DNA from: Tubulanus polymorphus
Lineage: Eukaryota > Animalia > Nemertea
Direction: 5' to 3'
DNA length: 64,000 nucleotides
NCBI RefSeq assembly: GCF_964204645.1
Contig: NC_134030.1
Coordinates: 16,740,110 to 16,804,109, forward strand
Shown here: positions 36,454 to 46,611 of the stretch, in pieces
Position numbering within the stretch: the stretch's first letter is position 1
Layout of the letters: each line of letters begins with the position of its first letter
Position numbers and translations under genes: made by a program
Notes under the pieces: model-generated
What the model was told of the DNA's origin: nothing
What the model saw: only the letters and a program-made list of their open reading frames with translations
Database searches by the model: none

Positions 36454-37431
36454 ATGGAAGGAGGTAAAGTATATAAACATATTCCATACATCGATACACA
36501 TGAAAATAATGATGGTTTATATTATGTAATACCTTGTAATATAGCATTGATATTTGATCCTATTTTTAAAAATTATAAAACTAAACTGATAGAAATCGAT
36601 AATAATAAAAGTGGTGTTGTTGATAATTTAAGTAATGTAATTGATAATAATGTAATACCTACTACACCTATAATACCTACTACTACACCTGTAATACCTA
36701 CTACTACATCTGTAATACCAACTACATCTGTAATACCTACTACATCTGTAATACCTTCTACATCTGTAATACCTTCTACATCTAATAATGTAATACCTTC
36801 TACATCTAATAATGCAATAATATTAAATGTTAGTGAAAATAGAAATTATTGTGGTTATTGTAATGGTGAATTTTCAAACGCTCCATCAAATTGGAATGAA
36901 CATATGAATACAAATTCACATATTACTAATGTTATAGAACGTGTTGGCAAAAAAGAATTTATAGAACACCCATTTAGATATGTTACAAAATTTGTTTCAA
37001 ATAAAAAAGTAAATGGTAAAGAATTATATAAAGATTTATTATTAGCAACACCTAATAACGATGAATTAGATTTAACCGATGCTAATGAAATATTAGGATC
37101 AAACACTGTAAATGAAATATTAGGAGCAAACACTAATAAAGATGATAATGAAAATGATGCCATACAGCACCCACATGGTGATATAGTTACAGATAAACAT
37201 ATTGATAATAAATATTCTATGAAACATAAAGAAGAAACTATTGATGATATAATAGAAAGGATGAATAAGCGTAATAATGAAACAACTATTGATGATTCGG
37301 TAAAAAAGGTGAAAAAGGTGAAAAAAAATTATAAAGATGTTGATGTAGATTCGGTAGAGCAGTTAAATATGTTGTTAGGGTCGTCTGATAGTGAAAGTGA
37401 TTCAGAAATTAATTATCTAACACTCGAATAA
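36454..37431 (+). CDS. Pro/Ser/Thr-repeat plus C2H2 zinc-finger protein
   Basis: (VIPTTS)n repeats and CGYC-x12-H-x5-H. Confidence 0.75.
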   Translation: MEGGKVYKHIPYIDTHENNDGLYYVIPCNIALIFDPIFKNYKTKLIEIDNNKSGVVDNLSNVIDNNVIPTTPIIPTTTPVIPTTTSVIPTTSVIPTTSVIPSTSVIPSTSNNVIPSTSNNAIILNVSENRNYCGYCNGEFSNAPSNWNEHMNTNSHITNVIERVGKKEFIEHPFRYVTKFVSNKKVNGKELYKDLLLATPNNDELDLTDANEILGSNTVNEILGANTNKDDNENDAIQHPHGDIVTDKHIDNKYSMKHKEETIDDIIERMNKRNNETTIDDSVKKVKKVKKNYKDVDVDSVEQLNMLLGSSDSESDSEINYLTLE

Positions 37432-37570
37432 TAAAGGTTGAAAATTGTATAAAATAATAGTAAATAAAAAAGGGTTTTAATTATTTAAGGTATCTAATAG
37501 GGTATCAGGTATTAGGGCATCTAATGGGGTATTAGGTATTAAGGTATCTAATACATAGGTATACAAATAG
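37432..37570. terminator. Convergent intergenic region with GGTAT(C/T)-based short repeats; putative bidirectional terminator
   Basis: Lies where both transcription directions meet; the same repeats occur in P1 at 1580-1630 and 1797-1885. Confidence 0.4.
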
Positions 37571-38182
37571 TTATTTTATAAATTTATATTCATATGGAAA
37601 TTGTAATCTCATAAGTAATTTGGAACCTTTATTATTCTTTAATTTATTCATATATTCATCATGTAATTCAGGAGGTATAATTTGATTTTCTTCCACTGAT
37701 TGTTGCATAGATTTTTTATCTTTGTTATAAAATAAAACTAGAAATCTTATATTCTCCCTAAAGTCTTTAACAATTGAATTATATTTTTGATTTAAAACCC
37801 ATGTTGTTATCCTAAAATGTCTACCAGAGAAAGCTAAATAACATAACTCACTTTCTCTAACTTTTGAATCATGTAAATTTGCGCAATCATCTATAATGAA
37901 TAATGTATTTGATCCTTTATAAGTATCAATTGCTATTTTTATACAATTATCTAAATTTTCTTTTACTGTTTTAGGATCTAATATAATAAACTTTTTTATC
38001 TTAACTATGTCTCTATTATATGTTTTATTCATTTCATAAGTAGGACAGAATAATATTATATTATCAAAATGATTCTTATAAATAGTTTCTAACAAATCTA
38101 ATATGAAATGTGTTTTACCACAGTTTGTTACTCCAGTAACTAACATATTATGCGGTTCAAATATAAATAAATCTTTATTCAT
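37571..38182 (-). CDS. DNA packaging ATPase (A32/FtsK-HerA family), intact
   Basis: GVTNCGKT, LFIIDD, SGRH...LNQ and FREN motifs. Confidence 0.92.
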   Translation of the reverse strand: MNKDLFIFEPHNMLVTGVTNCGKTHFILDLLETIYKNHFDNIILFCPTYEMNKTYNRDIVKIKKFIILDPKTVKENLDNCIKIAIDTYKGSNTLFIIDDCANLHDSKVRESELCYLAFSGRHFRITTWVLNQKYNSIVKDFRENIRFLVLFYNKDKKSMQQSVEENQIIPPELHDEYMNKLKNNKGSKLLMRLQFPYEYKFIK

Positions 38183-39260
38183 TTATTCTTTTAATTTTAC
38201 TAGATAAAATCCATTCATTAAATTTATCATCATATCCTTTATATTTCACCAAAGAATACTTTTTTCCTTTAAGAGTTTTTGTTATCAATACTTTTTCTAT
38301 TTTGTATTCTATTTCATCTGGATTTGGTACAAGTGATAATTCTTGTTCATAGAAATAACCTAATATTTCTTCATCTTTTAGATCTTCTAGTTTATAAACA
38401 AATGGTTTAGTTAATATTATCTTTTTAATTTTAAATATTTCTTCTGTAAAATTAGGGGTATAACCTTTATAAAATGTTTTTCGATATTTAGAAATTCTAA
38501 CATGTTGTCCAATTTTGAATTTAGGTTCTCCAAAATCATGTGTAACAAACGCGCCATATAAATTATTCCAAACTATTTCCGAATTATCTTCTTTTCTAGC
38601 TTGTATAGGTTTCATATTTATAGAACTATGTTTAGAATTATTATAACCTTTCACTAAATCATCTAACACATTGATATATTTATATGTTTCATTAGCGGTG
38701 AAATATTTCCACATTCTAGTTTTCAATGTTTTATTAAATCTTTCTATAACGGATGCTTTTTTATCTGAATGTGTTGAAAAATATTCTACATCGTTATCAG
38801 ATAATAGTTTTTTGAAATGTTCGTTATAAAATTCCTTACCTTCATCAAATTGTATTTTATCTGGGATAGCTTCTTTAAATATTAATTTGAAAGAATTTGT
38901 AACTTCTATACCAGTTTTATTTTTAATCGGGATACTCCATGCGTATCTACTGAATATATCTATAACATTTAGTATCCAAAAATATCCTTTGTTATATTCT
39001 TCTAAGTTTTTCATATCAATTAAATCAGCTTGCCATTGTTGGTCAATATATGAAACCATTACTTTTCTTGTTAAATATTTTTTATCCATCTTTTTATGAA
39101 TTTGATATGTGGGTTGATTTTGTAACCATGATTTTAATTCACTATATTTTATATTGCTATTATCAGATTTAATTTTATCCCATAATTCTGAAACGTTAGA
39201 AAATGATACTTCACTTTCTGGGTTGTAATATAACGCTCTTAAATATTGTTCTTTTTTCAT
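38175..39260 (-). CDS. Retroviral-type (rve) integrase with C-terminal chromodomain, intact
   Basis: WQADL, QFDEGKEF, IERFNKTLK; C-terminal YKIEKVL...LVKYKGYDDKFNEWI. Confidence 0.95.
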   Translation of the reverse strand: MKKEQYLRALYYNPESEVSFSNVSELWDKIKSDNSNIKYSELKSWLQNQPTYQIHKKMDKKYLTRKVMVSYIDQQWQADLIDMKNLEEYNKGYFWILNVIDIFSRYAWSIPIKNKTGIEVTNSFKLIFKEAIPDKIQFDEGKEFYNEHFKKLLSDNDVEYFSTHSDKKASVIERFNKTLKTRMWKYFTANETYKYINVLDDLVKGYNNSKHSSINMKPIQARKEDNSEIVWNNLYGAFVTHDFGEPKFKIGQHVRISKYRKTFYKGYTPNFTEEIFKIKKIILTKPFVYKLEDLKDEEILGYFYEQELSLVPNPDEIEYKIEKVLITKTLKGKKYSLVKYKGYDDKFNEWILSSKIKRINE

Positions 39261-39266
39261 CTTATT

Positions 39267-39650
39267 TTAATCCATTAATAATAATTTAGATTTAGTTTCA
39301 TTTGACTTATTTTCTGGTATAATAGGTTTATTGTCATTGGAATCATCTTTATCATCAGATTTGAATTTTGATTTATATATTACACCGGATAATATAATAA
39401 CTGTAACTAATCCAATTGTAATATATAATTTATAATTACTTCCAGCATTAGAAGAATTAGATGGATTATTATTTGAATCAATACCACCGTGTGGGTGCCG
39501 TACGGCACCATCAGATAAAGTCTGTGATTCATTTATATCAGTTAATTTCTTTTTCTTAGCTTTTTTTAATTCTGAAGATCTTTTACCTAATTCTCTTGCC
39601 CATATAATTTGTTTCTCGGATCTAGGCTTCTTCTTAACGCTATCACTCAT
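39267..39650 (-). CDS. Hypothetical single-TM protein with basic N-terminus
   Basis: Intact ORF with a homolog in P1. Confidence 0.7.
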   Translation of the reverse strand: MSDSVKKKPRSEKQIIWARELGKRSSELKKAKKKKLTDINESQTLSDGAVRHPHGGIDSNNNPSNSSNAGSNYKLYITIGLVTVIILSGVIYKSKFKSDDKDDSNDNKPIIPENKSNETKSKLLLMD

Positions 39651-40245
39651 TTATTTTAGTTAATTTTTGTTCTGATTCATTTTCTGTTTCGACGTTTGGT
39701 TGTAGTACATCTGTTTCGTTCTTACCTGATTTATATTCCATAGGTTTGATGTTCGAAAATGTAATAACTCCAGTAGAAATTAATGTCATAACCGATCCTA
39801 ATTGAAATGAAGCATATCCAACCCATTTTTGTAATTCAGTCATAACTAAATAGTCATTTTTCAAATCATTATATAATTTATTTTCATCATCAATTGGTAT
39901 TAACTGGTTACATAACTTAGAATAACATTTGACAATACCATCTGAAATAGAATCATTTATTCTAGCTAATCGAGCTTCTTCATAAATCTTAAAATATTTT
40001 ATTACTTGATCGGGTTTCATAGCATCTAGTTCTTGAAAAGTAATGATTCTATTTAAAAACTCCTTAGATTTCCCGCCAGCAATTAATAATTCAAGATGAT
40101 GCTTACAATATAAGTAGTATTCATAATCTATATTGTTATTAACTTGAATAGAATTAGTTACAACTGTATCTTTATTATCACTTATACCCAAATCATCTAA
40201 TGTTTTTTCAATATCAATACTATTCTTATTAGATTTCTTTGACAT
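39643..40245 (-). CDS. Hypothetical protein
   Basis: Intact ORF with a homolog in P1. Confidence 0.7.
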   Translation of the reverse strand: MSKKSNKNSIDIEKTLDDLGISDNKDTVVTNSIQVNNNIDYEYYLYCKHHLELLIAGGKSKEFLNRIITFQELDAMKPDQVIKYFKIYEEARLARINDSISDGIVKCYSKLCNQLIPIDDENKLYNDLKNDYLVMTELQKWVGYASFQLGSVMTLISTGVITFSNIKPMEYKSGKNETDVLQPNVETENESEQKLTKINE

Positions 40246-40657
40246 TTATATTAGAGAAATTTAATAAGAAAAATATTATAAGTATTCTTCAAATGATACT
40301 AGTATCTCTTTAGGTTAATACTAAATTGACTAGGTTAGTTAAAGTTAAAGAATTTCTATTCAAATCTATTCAAAATCTATTCAATCTAATGTCAATTAGA
40401 ATTAACAAAAGAAAATATTGAAAATATAATAGAATTGACTAGCTAGTTGAAGTTATTGTTTTTTTATTATATTTTATTTAAATTAGGATTTAGATTATCT
40501 CACTACTATTGTCTATCTATTAGGAGCAGTAACTATAACTGTCCAGATAAGTCATTTCGGATCCTCGATATCAAATCCTCAACTGAAAATAAATTCAAAG
40601 AAACGACTGGTGGAAATATTATTTCATAAACAGATATATTTATTATACACATTTTAG

Positions 40658-40881
40658 CGATCAATAGTAGAACAATGGAGAACAATAGAAATGCGGTCAT
40701 ATCGGACCGGTTATTGCGCAATACATAGTTATATTTTTATTCTGTAAACTACAACATTCAAACATAGAACTGTAACCAATCAATATTGAGCAGCTGTTTC
40801 AGTCAACAACGATCAATAGTAGAACAATGGAGAACAATAGAAATGCGGTCCAATCGGACCGGTTATTGCGCAATACACAGT
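40658..40881. repeat. Two ~70-bp direct repeats, ~152 bp apart
   Basis: CGATCAATAGTAGAACAATGGAGAACAATAGAAATGCGGTC..ATCGGACCGGTTATTGCGCAATACA occurs twice. Confidence 0.8.
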
Positions 40882-40949
40882 TAACAGTAAACAATACAAT
40901 ATTAAAACAGATATATACAATCGAGATCTAAGACCTTCAGTATCATAAT

Positions 40950-41678
40950 TTATAATTTTGTCCAGAATTCTTTAATTACTAGATTGTTTACAATCATTTC
41001 TTCAATTTCTGGTAAATGTCTTACTACTTCACTAAATGCTAATCCTAATATTTTGAATTTTTCATATTTTATTAATCTACCTACTCTTCTCAGTTTTCTT
41101 TCAAAACCGGCACTGATATCTATGTTCTTTTTAACCCACAGTCCCCAAGAAATCCCCTCAGTTTCTTTATCAAACATTGAAAACCCTATATTTAGATAAC
41201 CCCCGAAAATGATGTGGTCCCATAGGTGATTTGCTTTTCTATTTAATATGGTTTTATAACTTTTTTTTAAGATATCAGTAATTTCAGCAAATGAAATAAC
41301 TTCTATACTTCGTATTTCCGGAAAGTTTAAATGTCCTGTGTCAATGATTAATTTAGATTTTAAAAACTCGTTCAACTCTTCTCCACTCATTTTCTTAGTT
41401 TTCGATTCTTTGAGCCCCAACAGCAATTTGAGTCGCGTTGCTGGTAATTTTGGTAATTGTAGTTCGCGCGGTAATTGTTTATTATGTATTACATCACTCA
41501 GAATTTTCACCATTTCTTGATGATAGTCCAAATGTTCTTGTAATGTTTGTGAAGTTTGTTCGTCAATTACGAGAGTTTCATCCTCCATTTCTATTGATTC
41601 CTGAGTTTCACTATCCAGTAGCAATCGTTCCTCATCCGTTGGTTGGCTTAGAATTTCTGGTTGATCTTTGTGTTCCAT
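40950..41678 (-). CDS. P4-specific accessory protein (242 aa), unknown function
   Basis: Intact ORF absent from P1; preceded by a putative 5' UTR intron at 41685-41772. Confidence 0.7.
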   Translation of the reverse strand: MEHKDQPEILSQPTDEERLLLDSETQESIEMEDETLVIDEQTSQTLQEHLDYHQEMVKILSDVIHNKQLPRELQLPKLPATRLKLLLGLKESKTKKMSGEELNEFLKSKLIIDTGHLNFPEIRSIEVISFAEITDILKKSYKTILNRKANHLWDHIIFGGYLNIGFSMFDKETEGISWGLWVKKNIDISAGFERKLRRVGRLIKYEKFKILGLAFSEVVRHLPEIEEMIVNNLVIKEFWTKL

Positions 41679-42069
41679 TTTAATCTAAAATATATCGTGA
41701 AAATGAATTACTGTACTTAAATATGTTTAAAGGTTTCCCTACTTCATAATAACTACAAAAAACGGTACTTACATTTAGATTTAGAACTGTAAACTGTGTT
41801 TTGAGAGAGAATATCCAATACGTACTATGTATGTGAATGTTGATTTCTAACTGCCGACGTGGCGCACGTTCGACCAAACTAATTACTTCTGCACAGATGT
41901 TCTTTATGATGAAGTTAATTAATTCTTTAGAATTGAAAACAAGATATATTTGGCAACATATGTTTTAGTAGTAAGCAAAAGCTATGTATTATATACATAC
42001 AAAGCTCAAATAGAATTGCCAGCTTTCTAACCACTGATCGAAACCTCAGAATGCGGTTGATTCTGTGAA

Positions 42070-42691
42070 ATACTATTCCATAATTCAACAAATGTCTTTG
42101 CTTTATCCAGTTGATCTAAATATAACTGTAAATCTAGTTTATTGGATTTAATAATGTTTTCCTTCTTTTCTAAAGGTCTTAGATTCTTCCAATTCCAAAT
42201 AAGTTTTTTATTGTATTCATCATTCAGTCAAATTTAGAAATCGGCAACACATGATCAATATGAAAGTATTCACCATAATTATCTATATTCATTTTATCTT
42301 CGAATTGATATATTATCCATGATTTGAGAAATCCATCTGAACAACCCAATAGATTAGATAGTGTTTCTGAATGTGTTTCTTTGTTGAATAATTGTGTGAA
42401 TCTAGATCTTAAGCATTGTTTCAATCTAAAATTAAGATCTGTTTGATATCTTTCTCTCATATATTCTGTCATATAATCATTATAAGCTTCTCTATTATCT
42501 TCTCGGTATTGTTTGGTATATAGTTTAAAACAAGTTTTACAGCAATATTGAAAACCATCTTTGCTAATCTTACGCTTACTAAATTCTGTTAATGATTTAT
42601 CTAATTCACATTTAGAACACTTCTTGTAGTATATGTTTATAACGCTAGTGTTATTTGTAATATTAATAATTTGTGGTTGTTCTGGTTCCAT
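42070..42691 (-). pseudogene. Zinc-ribbon plus HNH endonuclease, frameshifted near 42225
   Basis: Homolog of P1 5644-6297. Confidence 0.75.
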
Positions 42692-42770
42692 TTATTATAC
42701 GTATTTTTTTACTAAATTGGTTAATAATTTTAGAATCCTCTTCCATTTCTTCGACCAACGTCATCCTTTT

Positions 42771-43022
42771 TCATTCCTCGCTGCTTTTGATAAGTTCTTT
42801 CGATTCCTTGATAATAAATTCCTCAACGTATTGTTCATTATTTGGATCATTATTCCATAATTCAATAAATTTCTTTCCCTTTGTTAACTGTTCTGAATAT
42901 AACTGTAAATATTCTAATTTCAATTTATTCTCTAAATGTGTTATAGTTTTATTGTGTCTTGCTTTTTGGGATTTATCTATATCGATATTACATGTTGGGC
43001 AGTAGTACTTATTTGCTTCCAT
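42771..43022 (-). CDS. Chimeric 83-aa ORF: polB N-terminal zinc finger (from the TIR) fused to an HNH-like C-terminal tail
   Basis: First 38 aa nearly identical to PolB; LQLYSEQLTKGKKFIELWN resembles the HNH tail LQLYLDQLDKAKTFVELWN. Confidence 0.55.
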   Translation of the reverse strand: MEANKYYCPTCNIDIDKSQKARHNKTITHLENKLKLEYLQLYSEQLTKGKKFIELWNNDPNNEQYVEEFIIKESKELIKSSEE

Positions 43023-43104
43023 TTTAATACTATATTTTTTATTAAAATTGATTTTAGAAGTTCAATGATTTAAATGTTATTCATATATATATGAATATTT
43101 TAAG

Positions 43105-43370
43105 AGTAATAGGGATAATGGGCTTTCAAGCTAAAGGTTGAACGGGCGGGTGAGTAAAAATGAAAAACATAAAAATAATAACAATTTCTACTTGAATTAG
43201 GAGTGAAACTCATAAAATGAAAAATAAATTCGAGCGTGTGAGAATTTATTTTTCATTTTTATGACTTTCGCGAGTAATTCAAGTAGAAATTGTTATTATT
43301 TTTATGTTTTTCATTTTTTACGAGCTCGACCGTTCGACCTTTGGCTTGAAAGCCCATTATCCCTATTACT
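43105..43370. repeat. P4 right terminal fold-back hairpin (266 nt), within the right TIR
   Basis: Reverse complement of the left hairpin, with a few differences. Confidence 0.95.
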
Positions 43371-43680
43371 AATACATTTTAGATCTAATACCAATGAATT
43401 CAATCATTTCTTCACCACCTAATTCATCTTTGAATTTACCGGGAACTTTTTTATTATCATTGCTAAACAATTCATGATCTTTAGGATAATTACTGAAATC
43501 AAAACGATGTTTTAATGTTTTTAAATCATCTGTTATGTTATAAGTTTTTATCTTTAATATGTAACTGTCGGTATCAAAATATAAGATTTCTATATGTTTT
43601 TCTCCAAAATGAGGTTGTAATACGTTATAATATAATTCATACATTAATAACATTGATAATTCTAAAACTGATGCTCCAAC

Positions 43681-44083
43681 GTAATCAGAGATGATACAAA
43701 CTAAAGGAAAATTAAGTGCCCCCTAGTTTGTCTTTCTTTTTACTACTGACTAAGTTTCATTTATATTTATACCCACTATTGTTGTTTATAATCACCCCTT
43801 AGTTTGCTTCCCTTTAATCTATTTTAGCGTGTAACTGTTTCTACGTTAATTTTCCTTTAGTTTGTATCATCTCTGATTACTTGAATTAGTCTCTTTGTCT
43901 CTGGATTGTATATATATCTCATAATTTCTGTAGTATCTCATTATTCCTGAAGATGACTATTAGGATATAGTCGAAACGTTGAAATAAACTACTATCTCGA
44001 AGTTTCATTTTCGGACTTTTTATTATCATTGTGGGATTCTCTCCTCATCGCGTCAACACGGATATAGTGTTATACCAATCGTG
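43681..44083 (+). mobile_element. Penelope-like element 3' fragment with a 35-bp inversion
   Basis: Perfect inverted repeat 43681-43715 / 43846-43880; hammerhead motif followed by AATAAA. Confidence 0.6.
43941..43987 (+). ncRNA. Minimal type I hammerhead ribozyme (Penelope type)
   Basis: UUAUUC-CUGAAGA-U-GACUAU(loop)AUAGUC-GAAA-CGUU-GAAAUAA: core boxes, stem II, palindromic short stem III and stem I are all present. Confidence 0.72.
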
Positions 44084-46611
44084 ATCATCATTATTTGGGT
44101 AGTGTTGTTTTAATATTTTTAATTCATCATCAACTAATGATTTTGATAAGTTATCTAATGAACTATTTAAAAATCTATATGAGTCTATGAATCTTAAGCA
44201 TCCAAATTGGAATGATATATATATATTTTATATATTTTAAATTTATAAGTTGGTATTTTATCTTTTGATCTATTTGAATTTAATCTTTCTATTTCATTAT
44301 TGATTTCTTATATTTGATGACATAACTGTTTGATAAATTAATGTGCATCATATCCTGATAGATTATGAAATATAACTGGTACAAAGTTAATTTTCTTAGC
44401 TTGTAAGTTACAATTCTCATGCGCTGCACCTCTAAACTTTCCATTCAAATGATCATGGTCTCTTACTTTTTTATCTTTATAATTAAATATCTTTTCACAA
44501 TAATAACATTTATCTGCAAACTCAAATGCTTCTTTATCTTCTACTGTCATTATAATTTCTATATTTGTATTCAATAATTTACTAAATCTTATTTCATATT
44601 CAATTAATAAGTTACAAAAATGATTGATAACATTTTCATTTCTATAATTATAATATTCACTTTTAATTAGTTCTGGATAATCAGATTTAATATATAACCC
44701 GAAAGCAGCAGCTGATTGATGAATCTTTTTGATAGTATTTGTTATTAGAGGATCTGAATAATCAATTATATCATTTTCATTAGAATTTAATTTCTTTCTT
44801 TTATAATATATTTCTTTTCTATCTTGATCAGTTAATTCTTTATTTAATGATTCAATATCTCCATATATAACAAATAGTATTTTATTTTTGTAATCATATT
44901 TTTTGAATTCTAATATTTTATCATTTTCATTTGGTAAAACTAATTTACAATAATCATGATTTTCACATAATTGTTTATGATTTAATAATGTACTTTCATT
45001 ACTGAATTTATGTAAACATTTTCTACATAGATATATTTTATTATGGTGATCACTTTCTGTTCTAAAGAATAAATCTATTTGTTTAATCCACATATAATGA
45101 TTCTCATAATATAATATATCTACAACACCATTTGAATCATAATCTTTTGATAGGTATAAAGGTTCTAATGTATAATGTTTTATATTGTTGCCTTTTGTTT
45201 TTGGTAATTTGATTAAATCAAATACATTTATTCTTAAATTATTATCTCTTTCTATTTTTGGGATATTTTTAATTCTAACAGGATACTTATCTATCTTATA
45301 ATTATTTTCAAATGGTTTATAATGAGTTAATCTACAAATATTATCAGTTGCAGGATGTAAGCAACTAATTATTGCCCATAGAAAACATTTATCATCAGAA
45401 TTTTGTACATTTATAACAGCATTAGTTTTAAATGGTAGTTTAATATAACTCGATGCTTCAATATCTGGTTCTTTATAATATGATACATTATTTTCATCTA
45501 TTGGTTTTGATTAAGTTAACTTATTATATTTTGTGTTATAAACATGTAAAGTCATAAATATTATTTCATCAAATATTAAACCAGATCCTTCGAAATATTT
45601 CTCTTCTATTTTAGTTTTTATTTCATTATAACATTTATCTAATTTATCATCTATATGTTGTTTAGATATAATATGTTGTGAATGAGAATTTATATTATAT
45701 ATTGGTTTATCTTCAGATTTTATAAATTTAACTTTAACTGATATGCTAATTTTAGGATATTCAACATCTGTGATTATTTTTATAATATTTTTCATATTTT
45801 CTAAATGTTTTTTATTTTCTTCTAATGTTTTTCCTTCATGAAATTTAAACTCAATAGATGCTGGGCCAATATCACTTTTAAATGCTTCGGTTATCTCTAT
45901 ATCTTTTTTATTATCTAATGAATTAATATAATTTCTTACATCTTCCATGTATGGTCTTTTATTGTTTCATTTATTTCTTATTCTTTTAATTGTTTTATGT
46001 TTCTTATCATTGTCATTATCAGAATAATCTTCACCTAAAATATCATTATTCATATTTCTAATATGACTTTTAGATTTTAAACGTTCATTATAATATCTTT
46101 TATCACTGAATGATTGATTACATGTATCACATTTGTATGTTTCTTTTTCATTCTTTAATTCATCTAATTTAGTTTCTAATATATCATCTTCATATTCTAA
46201 TTTCAATTTATTCTATAAATGTGTTTTAGTTTTATTGTGTCTTGCTTTTTGGGATTTATCTATATTGATTTTACATGTTGAACAGTAGTACTTATTTGCT
46301 TCCATTTTAATACTAATTTTTTTTTTAAATTGATTTTACACATTTTATTCATTTATATTTTATTCATTTATATGTTATTCATGTGTATATATATGAATTA
46401 TTTCAATCACACTTTACTAACACTTTTAATGTTCAAAAATCTAACACATACAAATATAAATATTGAAATATGTTTAAAATATATCTATTTATCTATTCTA
46501 TAAGAGCTCGTTAATTACTCGTTACTTTTTTATTAACACTTTTATATTGAGTAATCTATCAATTTATATGTTATTCATATATATTTTATTCATGTATATA
46601 AATATTTTAAG

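Larger units (their letters stand above)
25230..43370 (+). mobile_element. Polinton/Maverick copy P4, full length (18,141 bp)
   Basis: AGT...ACT termini; TIRs at about 25230-25692 and 42909-43370; 6-bp TSD AATACA at 25224-25229 and 43371-43376; encodes pPolB, integrase, ATPase and capsid proteins. Confidence 0.97.
43371..46305 (-). pseudogene. polB: P3 polB, N-terminal and central part, disrupted; ~1.2 kb replaced by a ~400-bp insertion
   Basis: ORF fragments 43369-43653, 44338-45093, 45511-45948 and 45967-46206 match P4 PolB. Confidence 0.92.
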
